A stretch of DNA of 64,000 nucleotides from Coraliomargarita sp. (GTDB taxonomy: Bacteria; Verrucomicrobiota; Verrucomicrobiia; Opitutales; Coraliomargaritaceae), in contig OZ244160.1 of the NCBI GenBank assembly GCA_965216325.1, forward strand, positions 1,920,001 through 1,984,000. The letters are read 5' to 3'. Shown one piece after another: positions 42,713 through 52,572 of this stretch (the first letter of the stretch is position 1; every line of letters starts with the position of its first letter). Position numbers and translations under genes: made by a program. The notes beneath the pieces are model-generated. The model worked only from the letters and a program-made list of their open reading frames with translations, ran no database searches and was not told where the DNA came from.

Positions 42713-43222
42713 TTAGGCTTCCGGGAGCTCTGTGTTGAGCACGGTCTCGGTTTGGTTCGCACGGAATGCTTTCAGTCGCTCCGCGACACCCGCGTCGTTG
42801 AGTGAAAGGATCGATGCTGCAGAGAGCGCCGCGTTTTTGGCGCCGGCAACGCCGATCGCTAGCGTCATCACTGGGATGCCAGCTGGCATCTGAACGATGG
42901 AGAGTAGCGAGTCCTGACCACTGAGAGCTTTAGACTGCACGGGCACGCCAAGCACAGGCAGGTGGGTCATCGCTGCGGTCATGCCCGGTAAGTGAGCGGC
43001 ACCGCCGGCTCCGGCGATGATGATTTGGATGCCGCGCGCTTCGGCAGTTTCGGCGTAGCTGTAAAGGAGTTGTGGCGTGCGGTGGGCACTCACGATCTTG
43101 GTCTCGAACGGGATGTCGAGTTGCTTGAGCAGCGCAGCGGCCTCACCCATGGTGCTCCAATCGGACTGGCTGCCCATGATGATTCCGACGACGGCGTTGT
43201 TCGCATTTTCTTCCATGCGCAT
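42713..43222 (-). CDS. purE: N5-CAIR mutase
   Basis: [36 protein letters not shown]; start 43222 or 43216. Confidence 0.97.
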   Translation of the reverse strand: MRMEENANNAVVGIIMGSQSDWSTMGEAAALLKQLDIPFETKIVSAHRTPQLLYSYAETAEARGIQIIIAGAGGAAHLPGMTAAMTHLPVLGVPVQSKALSGQDSLLSIVQMPAGIPVMTLAIGVAGAKNAALSAASILSLNDAGVAERLKAFRANQTETVLNTELPEA

Positions 43223-43260
43223 GAGAAAAGGAGATTCCGCAGAGGAATTCAACCACGGAA

Positions 43261-43323
43261 GTAGGGGCGCGACTTGACGCGCCCGCTGTGCATCCCAAAG
43301 GGCGTGCCAAGGCCCGCCCCGAC
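43261..43323. repeat. REPIN-like pair; first 26 nt identical to 56758-56783
   Basis: GTAGGGGCGCGACTTGACGCGCCCGC. Confidence 0.75.
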
Positions 43324-43385
43324 GAATCGAGGACTTTTTTTGAAATATTCTCTAATAAAACTAAGCTTTGTTCGTCATTGTTATT

Positions 43386-44849
43386 ATGAAAGCACATTTC
43401 TTACCTCTCTCCTTTCTTCTGGGCGCAACCGTGGTGAGTGCCCAGCCAGCGATCACGGTCTATAACGGCAACTTTGGTGTTGTGCGCGACTCGGTTCCTT
43501 TGAGCCTCTCCGGAGGGCTGAACGATGTCAGCTACAGTGGTGTGACTGCGCAACTTGAACCGGAGTCTGTGGTGCTGCGGGACCCCTCGGGCGAAGTTGC
43601 GCTGAGTGTGGTTGAGCAAAGTTATCGGGGCGATCCGGTCGATCAGATGCGTCTGTTGCAGATTTTCGAGGGCAGAGTGATCAACTTTCTGAAAGTCATC
43701 GACGATCGTGAAGTGATTACCGCCGGAACCATCATCCGTGCACCCTCGCTGGTGATGGCCCGGAACCAATACGGCAATGAATATCAGAAAACCTTGGAGC
43801 CAATTATTGAGGTGGACGGCCAATTACGCACCAGTCTACCGGGCCAACCGCTGTTCCCGAGCTTGGGTGATGATTCCGTGCTCTTGCCGACCTTGTCATG
43901 GAAGCTGCATTCTAGTGCCAACACGACTTTGGACGCTCAGTTGAGCTACCTGACCAATGGCATGAATTGGAAGGCTGACTACAATCTGGTGCTACCGGAG
44001 AAGGGCGATGAGTTGACCCTGACTGGCTGGGTCTCAATCGAGAACAATACCGGCAAGACCTTTGAAGAGGCGAAGATTAAGCTGGTCGCCGGCGATGTGA
44101 ATAAGGTGCAGGAGCAACCGCAGCTTTATAAAGGGCGGGCAGTGGCTATGGAGATGGCTGATCCCTTTGGGGCTGCACCTGCCGTAGAAGAGAAGAAGTT
44201 CGATGAGTTCCATATGTATACCTTGCCGCTGCCGACCACGCTGCGTGATCGTGAGACCAAGCAGGTCGAGTTCGTGCGTGCTGAGAGCGTCCAATCCCAA
44301 AAGCTCTATGTATATGACGGGGCAAGTTTGCCCAGAAATTGGCGCAGCTATGGCGGGGTCAATCAAAACCAGAATTACGGTCAAAATGCCAAGCCCGACG
44401 TGGCGATTTATCGCGAGTTCCAAAACTCCGAAGACAATGGTCTTGCCGTGCCGCTGCCAGCAGGGCGCACGCGCTTCTACCGAATGGATGAGGATGGGCA
44501 GCTTGAATTTACTGGTGAGAATACCATCGATCATACGCCGAAGAATGAGATGATTCGCGTGTATTTGGGCAATGCCTTTGATCTGGTCGGGGAGCGCACC
44601 CGGACCAATTTCACCAAGCACCCTAGCCGTGATCAGATGTCGGAAACCTTTGAAATCGAAGTGCGCAACCGCAGTGAGGAAACCGTTACGGTGCAAGTGG
44701 TCGAGCATCTCTACCGCTGGATGAACTGGGTCGTTATGGAAACTAGTCAGAAATTCGAGAAGACTGATGCGCAGACCGTCGAATTTCCGGTCACACTGAA
44801 GCCGGATGAAACCAAGACGGTTTCCTATACGGTTCAGTATACCTGGTAG
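43386..44849 (+). CDS. Secreted DUF4139 domain protein
   Basis: Signal peptide, ITVYN..FG.VRD, LSYLT.G..W.ADY, I.NNTG, PLPAG..R.Y, IDHTP. Confidence 0.8.
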   Translation: MKAHFLPLSFLLGATVVSAQPAITVYNGNFGVVRDSVPLSLSGGLNDVSYSGVTAQLEPESVVLRDPSGEVALSVVEQSYRGDPVDQMRLLQIFEGRVINFLKVIDDREVITAGTIIRAPSLVMARNQYGNEYQKTLEPIIEVDGQLRTSLPGQPLFPSLGDDSVLLPTLSWKLHSSANTTLDAQLSYLTNGMNWKADYNLVLPEKGDELTLTGWVSIENNTGKTFEEAKIKLVAGDVNKVQEQPQLYKGRAVAMEMADPFGAAPAVEEKKFDEFHMYTLPLPTTLRDRETKQVEFVRAESVQSQKLYVYDGASLPRNWRSYGGVNQNQNYGQNAKPDVAIYREFQNSEDNGLAVPLPAGRTRFYRMDEDGQLEFTGENTIDHTPKNEMIRVYLGNAFDLVGERTRTNFTKHPSRDQMSETFEIEVRNRSEETVTVQVVEHLYRWMNWVVMETSQKFEKTDAQTVEFPVTLKPDETKTVSYTVQYTW

Positions 44850-44863
44850 GGCGTATGTTAGAA

Positions 44864-44992
44864 GTAGGGCAGCCTCGCCGAGGCTGCCGTTCGTGAGAGC
44901 TTAAGGTAGCGCAGGCGCGTCTCGCGCCGCAGGAAGGGAGGACCGGTTTAGGACAACGACGTGGTGCGCACCGAGGACGGTGCTGCGCTACC
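44864..44992. repeat. REP palindrome (44864-44889) plus REPIN-like pair (44903-44992)
   Basis: GTAGGGCAGCCTCGCCGAGGCTGCC; AAGGTAGCGCAGG...GCTGCGCTACC. Confidence 0.75.
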
Positions 44993-45058
44993 CTCAAGAT
45001 CTTCGACCTCCCTCCATCTTCGCTTTGACTTTGCCATCGCGCGGCGCACGTTGACGCG

Positions 45059-47896
45059 ATGGCAGATTTCAAAGTAGGACAGCGCTGGATTAGTGAGACC
45101 GAACCCGAGCTTGGGCTCGGGATTCTCGAGTCGGTGGAGCGCTTGCAGATTCGTTTAGTGTTTCCGGCGTCCAGTGAGGCGCGGATTTACTCAACCAGTA
45201 ATGCGCCGATCAAGCGTGTGGAGTTTCGGGTGGGCGATGCGGTGGCCTCGCATGGCGGGGCATCGATCACGGTCGAAGAAGTGCGTGTCGACGAAGGGTT
45301 TATTACTTATGTGGGCGGCGGCGTTGAGATCCCGGAAGCCGAGCTCGCGGATACGATCAGTTTCAGTAAGCCCGAAGACCGTTTGATTAACGGTCAGGTG
45401 GATCAATCCGCCGCCTTCGAGCTTCGCCATGAAACGCTGCAGCGCCTAAGTGTGGCGCGTAAATCGCCGGTTGCTGGTTTCGCGGGCGGACGCATCGATC
45501 TGATTCCCCACCAGCTTTACATCGCCTCCGAGGTGGCTAACCGCTATCTGCCACGTGTCTTGTTGGCCGACGAGGTTGGACTTGGTAAAACGATCGAGGC
45601 CTGTTTGATTTTGCACCGCCTGCACCTGACGGGCCGTGCGGGCCGTGTCTTGATTGTGCTGCCGGAGAGTCTGGTGCACCAGTGGTTCGTCGAGCTGCTG
45701 CGCCGCTTTAATCTCTGGTTCACTTTGTTTGATGCCGAGCGTTGCGAAGCGATCACGTCTGCGGATCCAGATGCGAATCCTTTCTTAGAAGAGCAGCTGG
45801 TGATCTGCGGGATCAACACCTTGGTCGAGAACGAGCGTTGGGCGCAGTGTGCCATCGAGGCCAAGTGGGACATGCTCGTGGTCGACGAGGCGCACCACCT
45901 TGCCTGGAGTCCGGAGGCAGTTAGTCCGGAATATGCCTTGGTCGAAGCGTTGACGAAGCAGAGTCATGGTTTGTTGCTGCTGACGGCGACGCCGGAGCAA
46001 CTAGGTGCCGAGGGGCACTTTGCGCGTCTTCGTCTGCTGGATCCGGATCGCTATCCTGACCTTGAACAGTTTAAGCAAGAGCAGACGGATTATTCCGGAG
46101 TCGCGAAGCTAGCCGACAAGCTGAGTGTCGGTGTGGCCTTGGATGAGGAAGAGTTCCAATATCTCGACGATGTTTTCGCCGAATACAATGCCGACGAATT
46201 GCGCGCGCGCATGGACGACCCGAAGGCGCTGTTGCACGAGTTGGTCGACCGCCATGGCACCGGGCGTGTGATTTTCCGTAATACCCGTGAGGCCTTGAAG
46301 GGTTTTCCTGTGCGTAAAGCGAAGCCGGTTCAGCTGGCCCCGCGTGAGACTTTGTCAGAGGATGAACTACAGGCGCGTCTGCTTAAAGAGTTCGACTTTG
46401 ATGCGAGTGCATCGGACGAGCCCGAAAGCTTTGATTTCAAGCACGGTCCGCGCATCAAGTGGCTTGCGGAGTTGCTGCGTGAACTGGGCGACGAGAAGGT
46501 GTTGCTGATTAGCCGCAGCAAAGAAAAGGTGCAGGCAATCTACGATGCCTTGATGGATGAGATCAATGTGAAGGCGGCCGTCTTCCATGAGGATCTCACG
46601 CTGCTGCAGCGCGACCGCAATGCCGCGTGGTTTGCCGATCCGGAAGGCGCGCGCATCCTGCTCTGCTCGGAGATCGGTAGTGAGGGACGCAACTTCCAGT
46701 TTGCCCACCACATGGTGCTGTTTGATCTGCCGTTGAATCCGGAATTGCTGGAGCAACGCATCGGTCGTCTCGACCGCATTGGTCAGACTGAGACCATTCG
46801 TATTCACCTACCATATCTGCAGAACAGCTGCACCGAACTACTTGTGCGCTGGCACCACGAGGGGCTTACCAATGTCGAGAACTCACTCAAGGGTGGAAAT
46901 GCCTACCTTGCGCAGTTCGGTGACCGCATTCGCGAGCTTGGCCCAGTCTATCATCAAGGGGATGCCGCGGTTCAGGAGGCGACCGATGCGCTCATTGAGG
47001 AGAGTTGTGCCTTTCGTGAGCAGCTGGAGGCGAGCTTGTCGCAAGGTCAGGATAAGTTGATTGCACTGAATTCATTCCGCGAAGAGGAGTCTCGTGAGTT
47101 GGTGGATCGTATCCGTGATTTGGATACGTCGCGCACCTTGGATGACTTTATGAACCGTATCTTCGATCACTACGGCGTGAACGTGGATGATATCGATGAA
47201 CGTAGCTTTCGTTTGTCGCCGGGGCAGTTGTTTACGGACTCCTTTCCTGGGCTACCGGATGAGGGCACCACGATTACGTTCGACCGCGAGAAAGCACTGG
47301 GGCGTGAAGACGTGGGCTTCCTGACTTGGGACCACCCGATGGTGCGTGGTTCGATCGATCTGATGCTGAGTTCCGAGCAGGGCAATAGTGCGATGGTCAT
47401 CTGGACGGATCCGAAGGTGGATGCTGCGCCGATCATGATCGAAGCGATCTTTGTGTTGGAAAGTGTCGCACCCGCACGCTTGCATGTTGACCGCTTCCTG
47501 CCGCCAACACCCGTGCGTGTATTGGTCGATATGAGTCAACAGGATTGTTCAGAGGATTACGATCAGCTCTTCATTAGTGCGAACACACGCGACGAAGAAG
47601 CTTTCCGCCTAAAGCAGAATCCACAGCTCTTGCAGGCACTTGTGCCGGAAATGCTCAAGTCGGCGCGCACCTTTGCACGCGAGCAGAAGTCGACTCTACT
47701 CGAAGCAGCCATGAAGGATGCCCACGCGAAGTTAGACGGCGAAGCCACCCGTTTGCGTGAACTGAGCAAAGTCAATCCGAACGTGAGCGACGAAGAAATT
47801 CGCATCGCGGAAAAGGTGATCGCCGATGTGACCAAGCATATTGCCAAGGCGCACCTGCGTCTCGATGCCGTGCGTCTGATTTTGCGGGGGATGTAG
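45059..47896 (+). CDS. rapA: RNA polymerase-associated Swi2/Snf2 ATPase
   Basis: GQRWISETEPELGLG, LLADEVGLGKTIEA, VDEAHH, LLTATPEQLG, SEIGSEGRNFQF, EQRIGRLDRIGQ. Confidence 0.96.
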   Translation: MADFKVGQRWISETEPELGLGILESVERLQIRLVFPASSEARIYSTSNAPIKRVEFRVGDAVASHGGASITVEEVRVDEGFITYVGGGVEIPEAELADTISFSKPEDRLINGQVDQSAAFELRHETLQRLSVARKSPVAGFAGGRIDLIPHQLYIASEVANRYLPRVLLADEVGLGKTIEACLILHRLHLTGRAGRVLIVLPESLVHQWFVELLRRFNLWFTLFDAERCEAITSADPDANPFLEEQLVICGINTLVENERWAQCAIEAKWDMLVVDEAHHLAWSPEAVSPEYALVEALTKQSHGLLLLTATPEQLGAEGHFARLRLLDPDRYPDLEQFKQEQTDYSGVAKLADKLSVGVALDEEEFQYLDDVFAEYNADELRARMDDPKALLHELVDRHGTGRVIFRNTREALKGFPVRKAKPVQLAPRETLSEDELQARLLKEFDFDASASDEPESFDFKHGPRIKWLAELLRELGDEKVLLISRSKEKVQAIYDALMDEINVKAAVFHEDLTLLQRDRNAAWFADPEGARILLCSEIGSEGRNFQFAHHMVLFDLPLNPELLEQRIGRLDRIGQTETIRIHLPYLQNSCTELLVRWHHEGLTNVENSLKGGNAYLAQFGDRIRELGPVYHQGDAAVQEATDALIEESCAFREQLEASLSQGQDKLIALNSFREEESRELVDRIRDLDTSRTLDDFMNRIFDHYGVNVDDIDERSFRLSPGQLFTDSFPGLPDEGTTITFDREKALGREDVGFLTWDHPMVRGSIDLMLSSEQGNSAMVIWTDPKVDAAPIMIEAIFVLESVAPARLHVDRFLPPTPVRVLVDMSQQDCSEDYDQLFISANTRDEEAFRLKQNPQLLQALVPEMLKSARTFAREQKSTLLEAAMKDAHAKLDGEATRLRELSKVNPNVSDEEIRIAEKVIADVTKHIAKAHLRLDAVRLILRGM

Positions 47897-47956
47897 CGCG
47901 CCGCTTTAGCAAGCGCTCTTTGCGTATGAGGAGCGTTTGCTGAAGCTACACGCTAC
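47893..47956. repeat. REPIN-like pair whose GTAG supplies the rapA stop codon
   Basis: GTAGCGCGCCGCTTTAGCAAGCG ... CGTTTGCTGAAGCTACACGCTAC. Confidence 0.6.
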
Positions 47957-48049
47957 ATCAGTCGTAGTTGTTGGGCTCTGTCCCTCAATGCGGGCCACGG
48001 TTGGATGGGGTGTTTAGCATGAAGGAAGGATCCACCGATGCCGTTGCTT

Positions 48050-48715
48050 TCAGCCAATGTCTGCACCCTTTACCGTTCGTATCCACTGCGTCCCACGTTG
48101 CTTGCGGAGTGCTCCCGGTTTGCGTTGTGGGCTCCCGAATTGCTCATTCTGCATTTCTGGGTACTCGATGAAGATGGCTCCCAGGAGGCGTTCTTGCTGT
48201 GGGATTTTGAGGTAGTCAAATAGCTCGGGTGTGCGGAGGCAGCCTCCGCTGGACCAGTAGTTGCCCATGCCGTGTGCGGTCAGCATGAGAAGGAAGTTTT
48301 GGGTCATCGCTGAGGCGGCCGCGATGTGCTCTTCGTTGCGAATGCGGACTTTATCGGTGGCGTTCCCATCGCTTGGCTCGGGTATCCAATTGATCAGCAC
48401 CAGTGCGCTGCAGCCAGCGGTGAGCAGGGGCTCTTTGCTGGACAGCTTGAGCTCGTGGGTCAGGTAGTCGGCGAGTTTGCGGGTTTCCTGATTCCACAGG
48501 ATGTGTGCACGCCAGGGTTCGGCGATAGCTTTGTCTCTGCAGGGATAGTGGAAGGGCGCCCAACCTGCAGTGTGCAGTGCGGCTTCAACGAGGGGTTTGT
48601 TGGCGGCTTCGACCTCTGCGGGCACAGGTGGGCGTTCGCTGAGTGGGATGAGCACTTTCTCAGTGATACGTGTGCGGATAATCTGATCGAGGACTTCTGC
48701 GGATTTGTTAGGCAT
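48050..48715 (-). CDS. Nitroreductase family protein (YdjA-like)
   Basis: I..R.T.K, A..A.WAP.H, EPWR, EE..AA....QN.LL..TA.G...YWSSG. Confidence 0.85.
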   Translation of the reverse strand: MPNKSAEVLDQIIRTRITEKVLIPLSERPPVPAEVEAANKPLVEAALHTAGWAPFHYPCRDKAIAEPWRAHILWNQETRKLADYLTHELKLSSKEPLLTAGCSALVLINWIPEPSDGNATDKVRIRNEEHIAAASAMTQNFLLMLTAHGMGNYWSSGGCLRTPELFDYLKIPQQERLLGAIFIEYPEMQNEQFGSPQRKPGALRKQRGTQWIRTVKGADIG

Positions 48716-48788
48716 CGGCGCAGTCTCGGTGCTGTTGCTTGAAAAGCAAGTTTGGAGGGGTGTCTCTGCTCGGATGCCTTTGCTCTGG

Positions 48789-48935
48789 GCGGGCGTCGCC
48801 CCTCGGCAAGCTCGGGGCCTTGAGCTTGTCGAAGCGGCACGCAACGCCCCTATGGTGTCCTTTGGGTCGGGCGTGTTATCCTTAACGCGCCGTCTGGGCC
48901 AACGGTGCGGTTCGATAGGGATATCGAACCCTACC
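48789..48935. repeat. REP with nested 39-bp element (48799-48837) plus a second REPIN-like pair (48865-48935)
   Basis: GCGGGCGTCG[CCCCTCGGCAAGCTCGGGGCCTTGAGCTTGTCGAAGCGG]CACGCAACGCCCCTA. Confidence 0.75.
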
Positions 48936-48954
48936 TTGATGGGCTAAAGGCGCT

Positions 48955-49608
48955 CTAGTTCGCGGTGCGCGCGCGGGCCTGTAAGGTGAAGTTGCGCTTG
49001 CGGAAGTCGCCGGGGCTCAGGGACTCGCTTTCTTTGAAGCGGCGGTTGAATTGGGAGAGCGATTGATAGCCGCTCTCATAGGCGATCTCAGTGATCGAGA
49101 GCTCACTCTTGCTCAGCAGTTCGCGGGCAGTCGAGAGGCGGGCTTGATTCAAGTATTGTGAAAAGCTCACGCCGAGGGATTCGTGGAAGAGTCTGGAGAG
49201 GCGCTCGCGACTCAAACCTACGGCTGTAGCCACATCGCCCAGCGCAAGTGGCTCGCGGTGGCGCTGTTGCACATAGCGCGCCGCTGCGGCGATTTTTGCC
49301 GGCACGGCATCTACGTGCTGTTCTTGGGGAGCACTGAGGTCTTCAGCGAAAATACGTGCTGCCATCTCCAGCCAGCGTTGGTAGGCCTCGTTCCGACCGG
49401 GGTGCGTGCTGGGCTGAAAGCCCATCCAGCCGAGTTTGACGCGACCTACAATCAGTTCCACACGAATCGAGTCTGAGGGGACGGGTTCACCGGCGCGCCG
49501 AAACCACAGGCTCTTGCGGAACAGGATACGCACATCTGCCGCCAGCCGGTCGAATTGACCGCTTCGGTGAAGTCGCTCGATGAGCATGGCTTTGGCGAGG
49601 CGTGGCAT
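48955..49608 (-). CDS. AraC-family transcriptional regulator
   Basis: L.LGDVA..VGLS...LSRLF, YLN..RL..A..LL, I.EIAY.SGYQSLSQFNR.FK....SP..FR. Confidence 0.92.
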   Translation of the reverse strand: MPRLAKAMLIERLHRSGQFDRLAADVRILFRKSLWFRRAGEPVPSDSIRVELIVGRVKLGWMGFQPSTHPGRNEAYQRWLEMAARIFAEDLSAPQEQHVDAVPAKIAAAARYVQQRHREPLALGDVATAVGLSRERLSRLFHESLGVSFSQYLNQARLSTARELLSKSELSITEIAYESGYQSLSQFNRRFKESESLSPGDFRKRNFTLQARARTAN

Positions 49609-49724
49609 GATGAAAAAACACAGTTGGCAGGAATTGATGTCAATAAATGCGCAACAATAGCAATAGGTGCGGAGCAATCCGTTTAGTTTTTCTGATATTA
49701 TGCAACCTCAATATTAGCAATACT

Positions 49725-51647
49725 ATGACTACAACAATAGACACACCTACATTCAGCCACCCTCTGATTAACTATGAATTGCCCGAAACTGTGGAGCGCG
49801 TGCTTGCTGCAGCGCCTTCAGTGATTGTGCCGCAGTCGATCGAGGAGATCAGCGCACTGGCGATTCGCGATAAGGATGAGCGCGGTTGGCACGAGGTTGC
49901 CTACGACGTGCCGGGCAAGGGCAAAGTCGTTGAAGCACGCGTTTGTAAGGTGAAGAATGGCATCGCAGCGAATTATGAGGAGGCCTACATGCGCCGTCGT
50001 GACCCCGACTGCATGGTGATTGGTGATTCGGGTGCGACCGATAAGCCAACTTATGAGGGGCGCTTTGGTGAGTCCTTTGATCCACTTCGTGAAGAATCGC
50101 TCGAGTGGTTGTCGAAGCAAGAGCTTGCAGTGTTCCCATTCAGTGCCGGTCTGCCTGGCAAGGGCATGGATGCCTTTGTGGTGGCTCCAGCCAATGCGGG
50201 TTTCTTCGCGCTTGGTCTGGCTTTGCTGCAAGGCATGATGCTTCCGGGCGATGTGCCGGAAGGGTTCTCTCCGAAGGCGGTGATCTATGTGATGCCTCCG
50301 TATCGCCACACTCATTTCGACGGCAAGCAAGTCGTGGTGCACAATCGTCTCGAAGGCATGCACGAGCTCTTCAGCTACAACCTTTACCCGGGCCCAAGTG
50401 CGAAGAAGGGTATCTACGGTGTGTTGCTGACACTCGGTGAGAAGGAAAACTGGATCACTATGCACTGCTCGACTGCAGAAGTCGTGACTCCATACGACGC
50501 CAAGATCGTGATTTCGCACGAAGGTGCATCCGGTGGTGGTAAGAGTGAAATGCTCGAGCAGCCACACCGTCAGGTCGACGGATCCCTGCTGCTCGGTAAG
50601 AACCTCGTGACTGGCAGCAGCCGCACGCTGAGCTTACCGCAGACCTGCAGCATCAATCCGGTTACCGACGACATGGCGCTGTGCCACCCATCGCTTCGCC
50701 CGGACAACGGCAAGCTCGGTCTCGTGGATGCGGAAGACGCATGGTTCCTGCGCGTCAATCACATCGACCGCTACGGAATCGACCCGCATTTGGAGGCGCT
50801 CACAGTCACTCCGAAGGAAGATCTCTTGTTCCTCAACATTGATGCGCAACCGGACAGCACCGCCTTGATCTGGGAGCACATCGAGGATGAGCCGGGCAGC
50901 CCGTGCCCGAATCCACGTGTGGTGGCTCCACGCGCTTCGATGCCAGGCATCGTTGACGGTGCAGTGGACGTTGATATCCGCAGCTTCGGTGTGCGTTGCC
51001 CATCTTGCACGGCTGACAACCCAACTTATGGTATCATGGGTATGTTCCACGTCTTGCCACCAGCGTTGGCATGGCTCTGGCGCCTAGTTGCTCCACGTGG
51101 CCACGCCAACCCAAGTATCGTGGATACGGAAGGCATGTCTTCGGAAGGTGTTGGTAGCTACTGGCCGTTCGCGACAGGTCGCCGTGTCGACCAAGCCAAC
51201 TTGATCCTCGACCAAATCGTCGATACACCGGCTGTGGATTACATCCTCGTTCCAAACCAGCACATCGGTTCTTGGGAAGTTGGTTTCATGCCGCAGTGGA
51301 TCACGCGTGAGTATCTGGCACGCCGTAATGGTGCGAAGTTTACCAATGAGCAAGTGCAGGACTGCCGTAGCGCGCTGCTCGGTTGGGCTCCAAATTCGAT
51401 CATGGTGGAAGGTCGCCAAATCGGTTCACGCTTCTTCCACGTAGATCGCCAGCCTGAGGTGGGCGAAGTGGCCTACGACAAGGGTGCTGAAATTCTGCGT
51501 GAGTTCTTCCTTAAGGAACTGGCCAACTTCGATTCTCCGGATCTGCGCCCACTGGGTAAGGAGATCATCCAGTGCTGCATCGACGGTGGTTCGGTTGCTG
51601 ACTACGACAAGTTGCTCGGCAACGGCACCCTGAAGGCTGCGAAGTAA
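49725..51647 (+). CDS. DUF4914 family protein (PEP-carboxykinase-like nucleotide-binding motifs)
   Basis: YMRRRDP.CM.I.D, PP.RHTHF.GKQ.VVH.R, YNLYPGPSAKKG.Y, HCS, HEGASGGGKSE, TDDM, P.PNPR, GVGSYWPF. Confidence 0.8.
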   Translation: MTTTIDTPTFSHPLINYELPETVERVLAAAPSVIVPQSIEEISALAIRDKDERGWHEVAYDVPGKGKVVEARVCKVKNGIAANYEEAYMRRRDPDCMVIGDSGATDKPTYEGRFGESFDPLREESLEWLSKQELAVFPFSAGLPGKGMDAFVVAPANAGFFALGLALLQGMMLPGDVPEGFSPKAVIYVMPPYRHTHFDGKQVVVHNRLEGMHELFSYNLYPGPSAKKGIYGVLLTLGEKENWITMHCSTAEVVTPYDAKIVISHEGASGGGKSEMLEQPHRQVDGSLLLGKNLVTGSSRTLSLPQTCSINPVTDDMALCHPSLRPDNGKLGLVDAEDAWFLRVNHIDRYGIDPHLEALTVTPKEDLLFLNIDAQPDSTALIWEHIEDEPGSPCPNPRVVAPRASMPGIVDGAVDVDIRSFGVRCPSCTADNPTYGIMGMFHVLPPALAWLWRLVAPRGHANPSIVDTEGMSSEGVGSYWPFATGRRVDQANLILDQIVDTPAVDYILVPNQHIGSWEVGFMPQWITREYLARRNGAKFTNEQVQDCRSALLGWAPNSIMVEGRQIGSRFFHVDRQPEVGEVAYDKGAEILREFFLKELANFDSPDLRPLGKEIIQCCIDGGSVADYDKLLGNGTLKAAK

Positions 51648-51672
51648 ACAGCTTAGAGTTGATTGAACTCAC

Positions 51673-51705
51673 AGCCCTGCGTTCGTCATGAGCGCGGGGC
51701 TTTTT
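51673..51705 (+). terminator. Rho-independent terminator
   Basis: AGCCCTGCGTTC-gtcat-GAGCGCGGGGCT-TTTT. Confidence 0.75.
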
Positions 51706-51769
51706 ATGGGTATGGGGCTAAGGCGACCGTGAACCTTAGGTTTGGTGAGGGACGAGGCTCTGTTTTTTA

Positions 51770-51919
51770 AACCGTTAATTTACGTCAATTAGCGTTAATT
51801 CTATTATACGTGAACCGACTATGACGTGCTTCTGTCTGGAATCGAGTGTCCGCCGATAGAGCAGTCTCATCTACTCAGATGCATTGGAAATTAACGTAAA
51901 TTGACGTTAATTAACGGTT
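51770..51919. repeat. Gene-less copy of the decamer-arm element that flanks GxxExxY
   Basis: aaccgttaatttacgtcaattagcgttaatt (51770-51800) and aattaacgtaaattgacgttaattaacggtt (51889-51919) around an 88-bp spacer. Confidence 0.85.
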
Positions 51920-51949
51920 TATCTCACTGTATTAGAGTGAACTCCGTGA

Positions 51950-52438
51950 TTACGAATCCTTTTGAGGACCCTTCTGACTGTCGATCAGTACGTAGCTGGA
52001 GTCAAAATTCAGGGTGCGCTTCTCGGTGGTGATCGCGAGTTTGATGTCTTTATCGCTTAGGGGGCCGATTTTGCAGACGATCAAATTAGGCTTTTTGCCC
52101 TCTTTGTTGCTGTAGGCCTTGCCACGCAGGGTGCCGCCTTCTTCGCCGATCTGGTCGAGCGGAATGTCGATTGGCAGCACGATGCGCCCAGTGTCGTTGT
52201 TGGACTTACTGAGCGGCACATTGATGCTATAGTCGCCAACGAGTTGGCCGTCTTCTTGCACCAGTTCACTGACTGAAAGCTTGACCGCAGCGATACCGAC
52301 ATAGGACTTGGAATCCTCAATTTTAAAGGACAAGTCGACGGTGTCTTCGGGTTCGAGCTCTTGCACCTCTGTGGCAAATGCACTCACAGAGATGAATGCT
52401 AGAAGTGCCAAAAGACGGAGATAAGCTGCTTTCATCAT
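51950..52438 (-). CDS. Hypothetical exported protein
   Basis: MMKAAYLRLLALLAFISVSAFA signal peptide followed by a beta-rich domain. Confidence 0.65.
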   Translation of the reverse strand: MMKAAYLRLLALLAFISVSAFATEVQELEPEDTVDLSFKIEDSKSYVGIAAVKLSVSELVQEDGQLVGDYSINVPLSKSNNDTGRIVLPIDIPLDQIGEEGGTLRGKAYSNKEGKKPNLIVCKIGPLSDKDIKLAITTEKRTLNFDSSYVLIDSQKGPQKDS

Positions 52439-52494
52439 AGGTATAAAACGGCGGGATTGTAACACGTCTGTCAACTGGGCGGTGTGTAAGTAAT

Positions 52495-52568
52495 GCAGAC
52501 GCGGCATCTTGCCACTGTAGACCTTTTGATCAGGACTAGGATGAAGCGGCTGGAAGCGCGCTTCTACT
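52495..52568. repeat. REPIN-like pair (GTAGAAGCGG family)
   Basis: GCGGCATCTTGCC ... AAGCGGCTGGAAGCGCGCTTCTAC; related to 56545-56608. Confidence 0.65.
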
Positions 52569-52572
52569 TTAT

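Noticed and set aside
48716..48844. N-terminal extensions given by the ORF track (nitroreductase; likewise 18146-18247, 42585-42659, 52439-52507)
   Set aside because: They run through intergenic REP sequence, have no translational coupling to an upstream gene, and a better ATG lies at the domain start, unlike the batC/batD cases.
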